A stretch of 56,952 nucleotides of DNA, the filler included, from Jimgerdemannia flammicorona (lineage: Eukaryota), in assembly GCA_003990765.1 (NCBI GenBank). It is 2 parts of 2 records of this genome, joined end to end, with 100 filler letters (N's around TTAATTAATTAA, not from the genome) between each part and the next. Parts side by side here need not be neighbours in the genome. Positions count along the whole stretch, not along the records: positions 28,533 to 56,952 come from RBNJ01000561.1; 1 more part is not named here. The stretch is one strand, 5' to 3'. The position numbers and the translations under genes are program-made. A model generated the notes under the pieces. It had not been told where the DNA came from. It ran no database searches and saw only the letters and a program-made list of their open reading frames with translations. Positions 28,682 to 42,134 of the stretch are shown piece after piece. Position 1 is the stretch's first letter; each line of letters opens with the position of its first letter.

Positions 28682-29578
28682 TATGTACCAAGTGGCCGAT
28701 GTCCCCATGGCATTGGAATGTACTCTTCCCGAATGATTGATGATTGCTTCTCTTGTGTCAACGAACTGGCTCAAAGAAGAACCAACAGAAGAAAAGCTCA
28801 AACAACCGAAATTACTACCATTGGATCAGACAAACTGCTTACACTTAAGGCTTTCATCAACCAAGCACCTGTCAAGATTATGATAGACAGTGGTGCCTCG
28901 GGCAACTTCATCAATGAAGAGACAGCCAACAGACTCAAGGTCTTTACCTCCCCAGTACAGCAAACTCAAGCAGTTGCTACAGCTAATGGGACCTCACATA
29001 TTATTAGCAAAGAAGTCCGCAATCTACCCCTCTGAATTGGTGACTACTGAGTACATATTACCCTCCAAATCATACCACTTCCTGACAATGAAATCATCCT
29101 TGGGACTCCATGGTTAAAGCAAGAGAACCCCATGATCGATTGGGTAAACCATTCTCTGACTATCAAGAAAGGACGCCACAACTTCAAACTATAAGGCAAA
29201 AAGAACTTAATTAACTCTGGTAACTCTGGACCAAAGATTACTCACATCAACAAGCTACAACTCAAGAAATTGGCCAAGAAATGCCCTCTCTTTGCTATCT
29301 CCATCCACCCATCCAAAGGAGAACCCGAGAACTCTGAAGAAGACTTTTCCAAAGTCGACAGCCATATCAGAACACTACTCCAGAAAGTCCGAGACACATT
29401 TCTGAACCAAACCACTAAACCACCTGCACCTGTCATTATTAATGACCAAGAAGAATACAAAGTTGAACAAATCCTCCACAAACACAGTCACAAGAACCAT
29501 CCAAATGGTACAACAACACCAGAGCAAATTAGAAGGCCCCGACGAGGACGTCGAAAGCTAAGAAGGGGAGAGTTATAA
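28680..29578 (+). mobile_element. Internally deleted chromovirus-type Gypsy (protease joined to a chromodomain stub)
   Basis: IMIDSGASGNFI protease and ILGTPWLKQENP, then directly PPAPVIINDQEEYKVEQIL and a PPT-like AAGAAGGGGAGAG at ~29560. No RT/RH/IN. Confidence 0.7.
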
Positions 29579-32500
29579 GCACACAACCTTCAAGCCACCA
29601 AAATCGCATGGCATCCTCAGAACTAATTTGGAAACCACATGCGAGACTACAAAACAAGAGATCATCTGATTACACAAAATACGCCAGCAAACATGAGAAC
29701 CCACCACCAAGATATAAGAATACTAGAAGAAGTACTACAACCATAAGACTGACACTGAACCGCTATAACTAGTTTGGTATACTATACTATTACAAAAGGA
29801 AACTGAAAGTACCAAGCTCAAATTGGGACAAGAAGAACCCTATCTCATCTACCAAAAGGTTTACAAACTGCACTTATCAACTCAAGACCAAGATACACTG
29901 CAACTATACAAAATCTCATTATTTAGCAGAAGCAAAACACATTTGAACAACTCTGTTCACTCTATCTGTATCACCTCTGTCAGAGAGTGACGGACACTTC
30001 ATCTGAACTCAAGAAAGCCGACAACATCGAAACCAATCTCAAGCCATCCACGTGACAAATATTACTACTAGAAATTGCCTCGGATTACAGAAAATATCAT
30101 TTCCGAGAGGTTTGAACCCCCAGCTGCGACATTGGGAGCCCTCGCTCTAGACAAGAATGGCCAGTCCTCGCAAATGTGCCAGCAGACCAAAAAAAAAGAG
30201 AACCAAGACCTGTTATCCTTGTACAACCACCACCACCAAGGACAGCCTTAATCTTGCAAGAGATAGAAGTGACGACACCTTTGAAACTAGTAACATCAGA
30301 AGTCAGAAAACTACTCAGACTTTGCCAGTGATGATGTCATCAATGGTGATGTCATCGAAGACTACCCAGATAGCGCCTAAACCTATAAATAGCCTAGCAG
30401 TTATAGTATAGTTAGATTAGCCTTGTATGACGTGACTGTGAACTGACTCAGCAATCAGATGATCTCTTGACATATCAGATCACTCTTGTACTATGTGACT
30501 GCATTCCGACTCAGCAAAGCACTTAGTGCTACATCCATATTTAGCATAGACCAGATAGCCCCTCACTAGTATAAATACCCCCTCCCCCAGACCTCAGAAT
30601 CTCAGACTTGAACAATCCGAACACAACTCCTGAGCACTTCCCCACAATATCCCTTCACACAACTACTCCTAGTATAGCAATATCATGAATAGCAAATAAA
30701 CCTATTTAATAACCCACAAACCACTCTTAAGTAAATCTGCTCCCTGTTAGGTCCTACTCCTAACCCCTATCACGAAATTTCCTAATTGGGTATTGTCTGT
30801 AGCAATATGCCAATTCAACTAAGCTGGTCTTAGTTTCTTGAACTTCCTGAAATATGGAAAATCCTGAACATTCAGAACTAGTCCAGAAAAGGACTTTGGT
30901 TGAGACGTCAACCTGATCTTGAAATCAATAAGCGTAGAGGATGTACTCTATACAAAATTGATCTTGACCATAAGAAAACAGTCTTCCAGAACATCCAGAA
31001 TATCCAGAAAACCTTTCCAGAACTACATAATGGTCACCCTAAAAAGTAACCCTCTTACACAATGAGTCATAACTTCATACTCTGTTAATCAGGTGGATGT
31101 TATATTGATGACTACTCTAAGGTCTAAAAGTATATCATTTCTTACTCAGGTGGAGATTCCTTTGACTGGCTCTCTGAGTTGGACTTTGTAGATGATAACT
31201 TTTCTTTTAGAAGAGAGGTTCTTCAGAGCTGTAATTTCTTCAATTCTATTAAGGAATTCTCTTGAGTCTTCTTCTGAGTATTCTGTAAAGATTGGCAATG
31301 AGGAGGTCATTTCATCATCACTGTCTTCTAATTCTACTTCTGGTTCTGATTCTGAATTATTGCTAGAGTTCTGAATACTAAAGTATCCTTAGGATAGTAT
31401 TATAGATCTTGGGTGAGATATAATAAGTCTGAGTATCCTTGAGAGAGCTACTACTGATTCTTTAGTTCTGTAACAGCTAGTGGTAGAGAATTAATAGATG
31501 AAATTGATGAGACTTCTATAGGAAATTGGGTTTGTACAATAAGGTCTTCCAGTTCTTATACAAATTTGTTAAATATCCTGACTAGACTATCCATATTATT
31601 TGGTTGATTTAGTTGGTCCGGTGGTAAATCTATTAGTACTGGCTGAGGATTTTTTATCTTTCTAATAGTGAGTAGTTAGTAAGTCTTAAAGTAATTACTT
31701 CTCTTTCTGTCTAAATACTAGTAATGACTGATTCTCCTGTAGTAGCAGAGATTAGTATTGTATCAAATATATCCAGTTTGACTATAGGTTCTTGTATGCT
31801 GAAAAATTACATCAATTTTGAAATTTTCCAGTTGAGAGTTCTTATGTGAATTTTGAAATCTTTCCAGTTAAGCACTCAAATGTAATATGTCTGGCATAAT
31901 AGAGGAAAATTACAAAATTGGAAGTTGATATAGTTTGGCTTAAGGCCCTAGTTACTTTGTTAAAAGCAAAAATATATTCTAAGATTCTTGATATCTTTGA
32001 TATTTAGAATATAATAGACAAATATAGATATGGTAGTTAATTTGTATGTTGATTTTCTTATTAGAATGGACTTCTAGGTGTGAGCAGTAGTTTGTATAGT
32101 ATAGATGGTCTAACAATTTAGTGGTTTCCTTATATGATTTCTGTATAATGATCTTCTATATAGTGTGATAATCTCTGTATAGTATAATGATCTCCAAAAG
32201 TATACAATTTCTGACATAATGATCTTGGTAGACTTCCTTATGCAAATTTGGCAGATAATTCAATTTGTTATAGATTCTTTTGAATTAGTGAGCTTCTTAA
32301 ATATAGCAGATAACTTAAATAATAATTCAGATGATATTTAATCTTTCTGAATTAATAGACTCTCTGGAAAATATCTCAGATGATAAATAATTTAGATAAC
32401 TCAAATGGATAATTCAGATAACTTAGATAACTCAGATAGTGGGAATTCTTAGCAAAGTTATATTAAGACTGGCTTCATTTGCATAGAGTTATATCAATAA

Positions 32501-32589
32501 CTGGCTCTACTGCAAAGTTGTATCATAAGACCAGCTTTTGTAGTAAGATCCTATAGTAGACTCTCTAGGAATTAACAGATTCTTCTCTT

Positions 32590-33438
32590 TTTTATTTTAT
32601 TTTATTTTTTAATTTTTTTATTCTCCTAATTATAATAATACAGATATATACTCTATGGTATATTATCATTGGTACCTTTTGTCGTAATCCATATATATGA
32701 TTTCTCTGACTCTTTACCAATCTGATAAATAGAAAAAAAAAAGAAAAAAAAACCCCCAGCACCTCTTGCTATACACCATTGCTGATGGTGCTCCAACTAT
32801 ATAATAAAGGTATTTGATAAACCTATTTGTAAGAACTCTTATAACCCAGCTGTACATGGTCACCCTTTACTATTAAGTTTTGTAGAAATACCTATTGACA
32901 AAAAAGAATAGCCCCATAACTTACAAATCTATATAATATTACTCTCAACTTGAATATCAAACAAACCATAAATATACCAAGAACTACCTAAAGCAAAATG
33001 TTCATCTGCTGACTTATAAATACCAATATCAAAAATATGAATATAACATATAGTCCATCTCTTTTAAACCATTTGCTATCAGTCTATCTCTACAGTCTAT
33101 TACAATTTACTAGTCCATATTATGCCAACTGATATAGTAGACCTTCTAGCTAGGTATACTCATCCAAGGTCTCCAGATCTTCGAATTCTATCTGTATGAG
33201 ATACTCACCTAGAATTATCACGAGGCCAATGTGGTGTTTTTCCTGCCTACTGAATTCTTCAGTCTGTACTAAGATGATGTTGTGTTCCTTGTCCATATAT
33301 ACAAATGTGCTGAGAAAGATATGACTATCTGAGGCATGGACATACACCTTCAGGTTCAGGTATTATTACAGCCTCATAATGTTTTGTATATCTCTGGGCA
33401 TCATTAGTTCTGCTGGTATTGAGGATTAAAGTGTATTA
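32590..33438 (-). mobile_element. 5'-truncated non-LTR insertion with A-rich tail
   Basis: 17-bp TSD TAACAGATTCTTCTCTT (32573-32589 / 33439-33455). (TTTTA)n tail at the left end. Confidence 0.7.
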
Positions 33439-33680
33439 TAACAGATTCTTCTCTTGGCAAAGTTACATTAGTAACTGGCTTCATTTGTATAGAGTTATAT
33501 TGAATGAACTGACTCTACTGCAAAGTTGTATCAGATAGACTAGCTTTGTGATAAAGAACAGACTTCTTGAAAATTGTGACTTTTTCTCAAACAGTGGGCT
33601 TCTCTTCAAATGGTAGCAAAGTTCTTTACTCAAACTTGGCAGATTTCTCAAGTTCTTCAGACTTATCTGGCAAGTGTGCT

Positions 33681-34045
33681 TAGTGCCCCCAAACAAATCA
33701 AATCAATTCAAATTGAATCAAATTGAGAGTCATTCAAATTGAATTGAATTTGGGATTTTCCAATTCAAATGAAGTTCAAATCAAATTGAATTTGAATTGA
33801 AATGAATTGAGGGTCCAATTCGAACCTTATTTTTCAAAATGTAATCACTTGACAAATCCATATCCAAATTTAATGATCTTTAGTCTGATAGATTCCCCTT
33901 ATATAGGAGAATCTAACAAGCTAAATATCATTAAATTTGGACATGTTTTCATCAAGTTATTACATTTTGAAAAATTGGATTCAAATTGAATTTTGAATTG
34001 AATTTAAATCAAATTAGATCTTTGATTCAATCATTGGGAGCACTA
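33681..34045. mobile_element. hAT-family MITE (365 bp)
   Basis: TIRs TAGTGCCCCCAA / TTGGGAGCACTA (11/12 match). 8-bp TSD AGTGTGCT/AGTGTGCC. Many AATTCAAA/TTTGAATT subterminal motifs. Confidence 0.85.
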
Positions 34046-35630
34046 AGTGTGCCAATCAATCTTTATATCAGAAAGTGGACCAGAGTGAGAAGAGAAGCTA
34101 TTGCTTTAGATTTTAATTTCAGACTGAGATTTTTTCACTCTTGTCTTTGGGGTATTTTATACAAATCAGTTACTATCTGATTGCTATGTAGCTAACTATA
34201 GATTTGCTATTTGTAGTAAGTATTTCTAGACTAATATAGTGTTTCTGAACCAGTATGGAGTTTCAGGACTTATGTAGTATATCAGTCAGATATAGGTAAA
34301 TATACTCTTTCTGATATGTCTAACTAATTATACAAATAGATATAGTAAAGCAGTCTAGATTGTCTAGTATACTAGATATAATATTTAGCTATTTTATAAT
34401 TTTAGTAATTTTCTTGACACAATACAGAAGACTCAGTAGTGGAGATGAGATTTCCTTTAGTTGGTATAATATTTCTTATAGTTTAGAAAGACCTTAGCTT
34501 TGTAGTAATAATTATTAAAAAGAAAGATTAGAAAATATTCACTTATAGCTTCAATGAATTCTCTCATATATTTCTTATAGAAATAACTACTAATTAATCT
34601 TATAAATTCTTCTCTGACTCCTTAAATATAGATGACTTCTTTGTTGAGTAAGATAAATATATTATATATTTCTTAGATAGTTTTATTATTGAGTCTATCA
34701 AATTCTTCTTAACCAGTATAAGTCTCAGTCTACTTAGTGATGATTTTATTGGCTTTTTTGGCTTAGTTCTAGAAAGTAGTCAGAAGGAAGGTATTCTTTG
34801 GTTATTATTAATAATATTGATACTATTGACTAGGTTGTCTATATTCATAATGAGTTTTTTGAGAGAAGCTTACTTATAAGTAAGTAAACTTCTACTGCTA
34901 CTAAATTATAATAAAACTATATGCTGATAGAATTAAAAATATTATGGATAATCAAGAATACTATTGGCCCTAAGTTCTAAGTTTTTATTAGAAAATACTA
35001 AGTTCTAATTATCTATTATAATAGAGAAGTCTAAGTATCACTTTTGGATTTTTATATTTGAAAAGATACAGTGCTTATATTTCAAGTTGATCAGACTTAG
35101 AATTATTAATAAGTTAGGTTTAAGGATACTGAATAAGAATATTGCTTTATTCTTATATTGGAAAAAGTAGAGCTAAGGTTAAAATATACTCACTATAGAG
35201 AGTATTTATATATATATTCAAATTTGAAGCTATAACTAAATTTGTATATTGGATATATTTTATATACAGTTATACTATACGTAGTATTAATAATTACTCA
35301 TTAGAAATTCTAGTAACTTGTTTGGCATATAATGAACTATTATAGTTATTCTTATATAATCTTAGAATTTATTAAGAATATTAATATTTATAAAAAGAGA
35401 GATATAATAATTTCTTTAGTTATAACTTATTTTATATCTTTTCTTTAGTTTTTTCTATCTTTTTTAAAATATTTAAAAATCTTCTTTTAATACTAAGACT
35501 TTACTAAATTATTCTTGTTTTTTCTCAATACTAAATATATATCTTATTTTAGTTAGTTATAGAACCTTTTGAAATATTATATAGTCTTCTCATTAAATAT
35601 TTTTTACCCAAGATCCCTTCTTGATATCAT

Positions 35631-35717
<87 letters not shown>

Positions 35718-36139
35718 CATTTTCAGATTTTTCTTTCAAATCTTATATAAATATCTTTTCTGTCTGCTTAAATAAAAATCAGAATATTTTCTTTCGAAAA
35801 TATATAAATCTTTAGTATCTCTTCAAGCTACTTTAGTCCCCTAGATTTGGCTGCCTTCTCTTAAAGAAATTAGAACTATTACATATATATTTATTAAAAA
35901 AAAAAAAGAAACTTGATAAAAGAAACTCAGTAAAGAAGAACTTAGTGAACTCGGTGAGATGTTAGAGGATCTGAATTCAGATAATTCGATATTGGGCAAA
36001 CCTCATGTTGATAAAGTTGAATGGAATCCTTACTATATGGCTGTGCTTCTTGGGGTTGTATCTATTAAGTTTCGGGTTACGTGATGTCGGGACTGGATGT
36101 ATCACACTGTATGACACATCTCGAGTTGTAAAATATCCC

Positions 36140-37371
36140 AACTGCCGAACCCTCTTTGACGGACATTGCTATATATGACAGATGACACGGCGCAGTTGAT
36201 GTCGTCGGATGAGTGTGGCTGCGGAGCACTCTTTCAGACATTGGTAAATCTCAGAATACACGGCGTAGTTGATTTCGTCGGCTGCGGAGCCCTCTTTGCA
36301 GACATTGCTAAATCTGACTGATTACATGGCGTAGTTGATGTCGTCAGGTGAGTGTAGCTGCGGAACCCTCTTTGGAAGACGGCAATCGTATTTGTTTATC
36401 TTCATTAATTCTTGGCCTAATGGACACATGAATGACGAGTGACTACCGGCATGAATCCAATTGCACCAGTAATTGTTTTCTGTCATCATATTGCCAAAGC
36501 GAATATGCCATTTTTATATTACATTAATTACACAATTTCGTAAACAATCTTGGATGGATTACATGGCGTAGTTAATGTCGTCAGTTGGGTAAGGCTGCCA
36601 ACCCCGATTTGTTCAATCTGGCAGGGGACAGTCGGATTGTTAAATTCTTAACTTAGAGGACATAATTATCCAATTGGATCAGTAATGTTTTATTTGTCAT
36701 TTCATTGCCAAAGCACACACTCAGTTGTTTAATTACTTTAATTACCCAATTTCGTAAGCAATGTGGGTTGACGCGCGAAATCATGAATTTGAGACGCGCA
36801 AACATTCGCATAACTTGAGGAACCACATGGTTTCACCAGTGTCATGATGTATATAATTACATACTACTAGTCTGATGACGAAGAGGAACTGCGCGCTTTA
36901 TGGGAACTAGATTTCATTGGGGTCGGTTTGCTGCGCTCTTGCCGTGGCGTAGTTAATGTCGTCAGGTGAGTGTGAGGCTAAGCCCGATTTGGCAGACATT
37001 GCTAATCTGAGAGGACAGTCGGATTTGTTTAACTTCGTTACCCCTTGACCTAATGGACATACATGCGTGACGGTGTGACAACCACCGTAAATCAAATCCA
37101 ATATCCTGTTGTTTAATTGCAAAATTTCGTAATCAACCAAGGATGGATTATACGGCATAGTTGATGTTGTCAGCCATCTGACTGTTGAGACTAGATCGGA
37201 CCGGAGGTGCTCAATAACATACATGCACGACTAAGCACAGAACGATGAGCGACATCCGCCATGAATCTAATTGGATCGTTAACAATTTTCGGTCATCTCA
37301 TTGCCAAGGCGAAATCCAGTTGTCTAGATAAAGTTTCGTAACCAATTGAGGAAGGATTTCATGGCATAGGT
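36140..37371. repeat. CpG-intact degenerate repeat array upstream of the host gene
   Basis: Core TACATGGCGTAGTTGATGTCGTCAG recurs at ~36186, 36257, 36323, 36560, 36945, 37150 and partly at 37360. Spacing ~65-75 bp, then ~200-240 bp. Confidence 0.75.
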
Positions 37372-37412
<41 letters not shown>

Positions 37413-37783
37413 ATTACTTGAATAAATGTTAGCATCTATAAAAGCATCTGTGGTATGGAAATTCCGTCCGCCGACAAATCATGCATCTCAGGTGGCTCTC
37501 TCCAAATGGAAATGCCTCTTAAAGCCGCCAATTAATGACGGACCGGACGGATCGGATGGGACCAGACGGGTATCCGCAATAGTGCGCACCAGGACTATCA
37601 CCGATACTGGTAGTGTCCAAATACCATTGAAGGATTGGCTTTGTGGGAGTTAAAGTTGTTCTCAGGAGCAAATATCTCACACCTTTTTCGGTTTGCTACC
37701 GCAGTTGACATCTGCTATAAGAAGTAGAGATACGGCCTGCGAAATATCCAGACAACATTTCAAGTTTGCCGATTCCCCTTAAA

Positions 37784-39035
37784 ATGTTTACCCTACGCCA
37801 GAAGCCCAAGCTCCACGTTTTCAACAGCAAATTCCTCCTCCCTTCCTTCATCGCCATTGCCGTCATTGCCGCCGTGACTACTTCTTGGTTTTTTTGGGAT
37901 CCCAAAAATCCAGATCTTACAAATTACGATAGATATTACGATTACGAGAGATACGGAAATCTGCAAGCTCAGGACATAGATCTCACTTTCGATTTATATT
38001 TCCAAAAACTTTCTTTCGAAGAATTTACTTTTCAGATTCGTTATGAATTATCGCCCAGTAATACTTTCACCGATAGCAACAGTTCTCTTACTAAGGCGAT
38101 CAACGTTAGCATGGGCGATAACACAGAGGAATTCAAAGCCAACTCAAGTTACCTTGTTTTGAGCGGGATGACTACCTCACCGAATCTGCAGGGAAGGCAA
38201 AGAGACTATCCATTCGATGTATGGCAAAGCTATGCATACTTCTCTGTGGTCGAAAATAACTCTACGTCGTCGGCGCAACCCCGGCTGGGTTTCGCCGTAA
38301 GTTACGAATATTTATCGCTAGCTGGTAATACTACTGCTGTAGTTTGGACCGATAGCGGTTTCGCTTTTGGTTTCGAACTTCAAAGATTGAGATTGGTGAA
38401 GGGTTTCAGGTAGAGTCCATTAATCCAGTTACCATCTTGTAATGCGCTACTGTTATTAATTATCATTGATCAGGTCGGCTAATAGTGTATTATTGAATAG
38501 TATATTATTAGTGATGGCGATGTGGATTATTACCGCCTTGTACACTTTCTTGACATTGAAATTTGTATACTTTAAGGAGGTAAAATTTCCCAGCTATTTG
38601 AGTCGTAAGTAGTAATGTACACATGGTATCTTGATTAACATAATATAACCATATACCATACAGGAACACCCGAAAGATATTCAAGAGATTATCGGTTACA
38701 GTTCTCTCGGTGCTGCAATACTCTTCGCCTTGCCAACTGTACGAGGTGCCCAACCTGGTGTCCCTACGAGCGCCTGTATTATTGATGTGAGTACATTCGA
38801 TACAACAGATAAAATGTGGCAATTGTCCCCAGAAAAACATCATTTTCTAATATTGTGGAAATCGTTTCACCTTTAGATTGTGGGATTCTTCTGGTTCAAT
38901 TTAATACTATGCTTGTGCTTGACTTGCCTCATTATTAAGGCAGTAACAACACATTTGAGAAGAGCATTTGAGATGGAAGCAGATGCGAAAGAAGAGACAG
39001 TAGAGGAAAAAGACGATGATAAATTAATGGCATAA
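37784..39035 (+). CDS. DUF4436-like multi-pass membrane protein, 4 exons (37784-38409, 38501-38579, 38664-38786, 38877-39035), 328 aa
   Basis: GT-AG introns of 84-91 bp keep frame to TAA at 39033-39035. N-terminal hydrophobic segment, DYPFD motif, three C-terminal hydrophobic segments with LFALPTVRGAQPGVP and IDIVGFFW. Normal CpG content. Confidence 0.85.
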
Positions 39036-42000
39036 CATGTACATTGAGGTTTTATTTTTTATTTTTTTTTATTTTTATTTTTTCGTGAGATGATTATTGT
39101 CATGCAAATCAAATAAAATCGGGACGTCTGTCTATTTGGTTCAGAATTTGCTGTCCACCAAAACATCAAAGAACACCATGTGAGTTTTCAAATAATTAGA
39201 AGGTATCTCTAGCCTCCCATGTATTCAAAAAATGCGGCAGGGAGTAACATAAACTTTGATAACCGAGAAATGCTGAAAAATTTTCCCGAGGTCTATTTGC
39301 AGTCATATACCTCCCAACTTTGTTCCGAACGGATCGACCTGGGATGTCATGCTATCTGTGGTGCGATGAGTGACTATTAAACAGGTTTCGGATACCCGTG
39401 TGAAACTTGGCAGTCATAAGGAGAACTAATACTAATTCGTAAAAGCTGAATTGGTGCCACTGCGATACGTTTATGGAATGACGCCTATCATTACTAATTA
39501 TGTATGAACATGGCACAGTCGGAATCTGAATGGTATCAACGTCGTGCCAGAATTCAATTCAAAAAATGCATATCGCTGTCACACTAAGTATTGGGGTTGC
39601 TCCCTAGATAAAACGCCCACTGGATTCATCTTTAATGCAGGCAAAACTGCCTACATATCTATAGTAGGGATGTACGTGCCACGCACACTGTGTATCCGCA
39701 GTCTGCTGGTAGGGGTCCGTGAAAGTGCTGCGCACCAATCTATAATTAAGCGTGACGGACTTAACCCCGGTAGCAATTATGCTAAACTAGCCAAAACACC
39801 GCCACCCGGCTACAGCCAGCCAGCCACATCTGTTTGGAAGTCGCTGGTCGTCAGTTTCATGCCTGGAACACCAGAAGCATTATGGACTCTTTAAGGTATG
39901 GATGGCGGTATTGAACATGTTGAACGCCCTGCTTTTTGACATTTAAAATTTATTTATGATGAATATCGGAATGTAGTAAAAGAGGGAGAGAGAGGCAGTT
40001 GCGCAGGTCGCGTATTTCACGCGTTACTTGATGAATGACGTAAACTGATGGAATGGCGTAAGTCACATGCTGACATATCGAGTTGCCATCCCAACACTCC
40101 CGCTCAACGAGATATGTAACCCAAAAAAGAATACAAACTGTACCCAAAAAAAGGATTCAAACCAGAATAAAAAGCAATGCATAATACATACCAAAAGAAC
40201 TACATGTAACCAACATATATATAATATGACGAGGCTTTTAATAGCATATAAGTCCCATAATTATCCACTCGTAAGACCTATTCCTTCAATGCATTTCTTG
40301 AATTTAGGTCCAGGGAGGGGCTTCATAAGAGAATCCAAAATCTTACACTCCATGGGATGTATTCCAAGTATATACTTCCACACTCTACACATTCCATACA
40401 AAATGATGGAGTATATTGATATGTTTCATTCTACTCTAATGTACAGGGTTCTTTGCAAGTGCTATCATCAACAGATTGTCTTGCCTGATCAGTATAGGGT
40501 TTCCCTGAGTGAAGTCAAGCTTCTTTAACAATTTGCAGAGCTGTATGGCTTCCTTTGTTACCATTGACAACACATGATACTCTACTTGTATTGATGACAT
40601 TATGATAGAACTTTACTTGTTTGTTTACTATGAGACAACTTCTTTACTAATATGAAAGAGATATCCAGTCATCACCAGTAATAATCCAAGTCTCCAGTCC
40701 AATCAGCATCATATATACCAGATAGCCAGATGCTGCTCTTGCTACTACTTCTGCTCAATCTGTTGTCTAATATAAGAGTATAGTATATTGATCTCTTTAG
40801 ATATCTGAATATCTTCTTAATTATCAACTAATGTATATTGTCATAATATGAGCAATACTGTATCACTTTGTTGATATTATAGAATATATCAGACCTCATC
40901 TCAAGTATTAAATATAAAAGAGAACTGACTGTTTATTGATAGATATATTATTATTATCTTTGGACATATTGTGGTCAGACTTTCTTAATTTCACTAAAGT
41001 CTCTATTGGGGTATCAATAGGCTTATATTCACTTATATTGAACCTCTCTAAGATTGGTTGAATATATATCACTTATGAGATATATTTATATAGTATATAT
41101 ATTCTAATTATATATAATTGATATCTATAGATAATATCAATCAAGATTACAAGTCAATGGATATGCATCAATTACTTACAGTCATAGGTTAGGAGTAGGT
41201 GGAGAGGTCTTACACTATATACATACACTAGTTCTAGACATTTAGCACCAAAGACATTTTGCACCTCTATGCAATTCATATACTAGCTAGTATCTAAGAT
41301 AGACATACACTGCTTACACATTGGACACTTAGCAGAATAACTCAATTATCTGCTTTACCACTTGTTCATTCTACTGCTCATCTTTTTTTTTTTTTTTTTG
41401 CATGCCTCAAGTCATTAACACCTGCATCCTATGCTGATTTGACCCCTCTTCACATGGTCAACATGAAGTTGGCTCTCTGGTATGCCCACATCACATCAAC
41501 CCCTCTTTTATTGAGTGAGTTCTATGCTTTCTCAATGATGGTTCTATGGAAGATACTGTTGATGCAATCTTTGTAGCATCCTATCATGTGGATGTTCAAT
41601 CCCAAACCATTGAGGAGGATATCATAAGTGGTTCTGCCACACACTGCTTAATATATATTTCTACCCATACAGTATCCAACAGCCTGGCTCTATATCCTTC
41701 CCTGTCCTAGATGACATTATTGACTATTTTGCTAAACAAGACTACTGTCTCAATGACCTCTTCAATCTAATCCACTCTGACCACAATTCTGCCCCTCAAC
41801 TGATTAATTTGGCACAACCTCCTTCTACTAACAGCAGAGTCTTCCTCAACTGTGCTGCTGCCTCATTCTCTGCCATACTGTCAGTCACACCTCCCTCACT
41901 CATTCCACCAGATTCTGATATATTGGCTGGTGAGTTTCTATCTCTTTCTTTACTAGCCACAGTTGTGCAGGGTGTTAATCTCTTCTTGAAATACAGCCAT

Positions 42001-42134
42001 ATCAACTATTGTCTGCTGGCCATAGTGATCGATAACTCATTCCCAGTAATATCACTTGGTCAGCTGCTGGAATATCTACTTCTTCAATATTACTTCTCTC
42101 TTAACTATCCATTAACTTTTTCTCCTTCTCTCTT

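Larger units (their letters stand above)
31146..34421 (-). mobile_element. Truncated Gypsy A relative (LTR plus gag start) carrying two nested insertions
   Basis: 31146-31880 matches the reverse complement of ~11210-11990. 31881-34421 matches the Gypsy A LTR. Confidence 0.8.

Noticed and set aside
35569..35815. Poly-Phe ORFs (also 2508-2762, 28477-28801)
   Set aside because: Artefacts of long T/A homopolymers.
36530..36590. Minus-strand CTGACGA...CGAAA resembling a hammerhead ribozyme core
   Set aside because: No closing G-C pair or convincing stem II/III found by eye.
39544..42110. Short ORFs downstream of the gene and CpG-poor coding-like DNA from ~40200
   Set aside because: No recognisable motifs or splice-supported model. 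The CpG-poor part is likely an unclassified TE relic.
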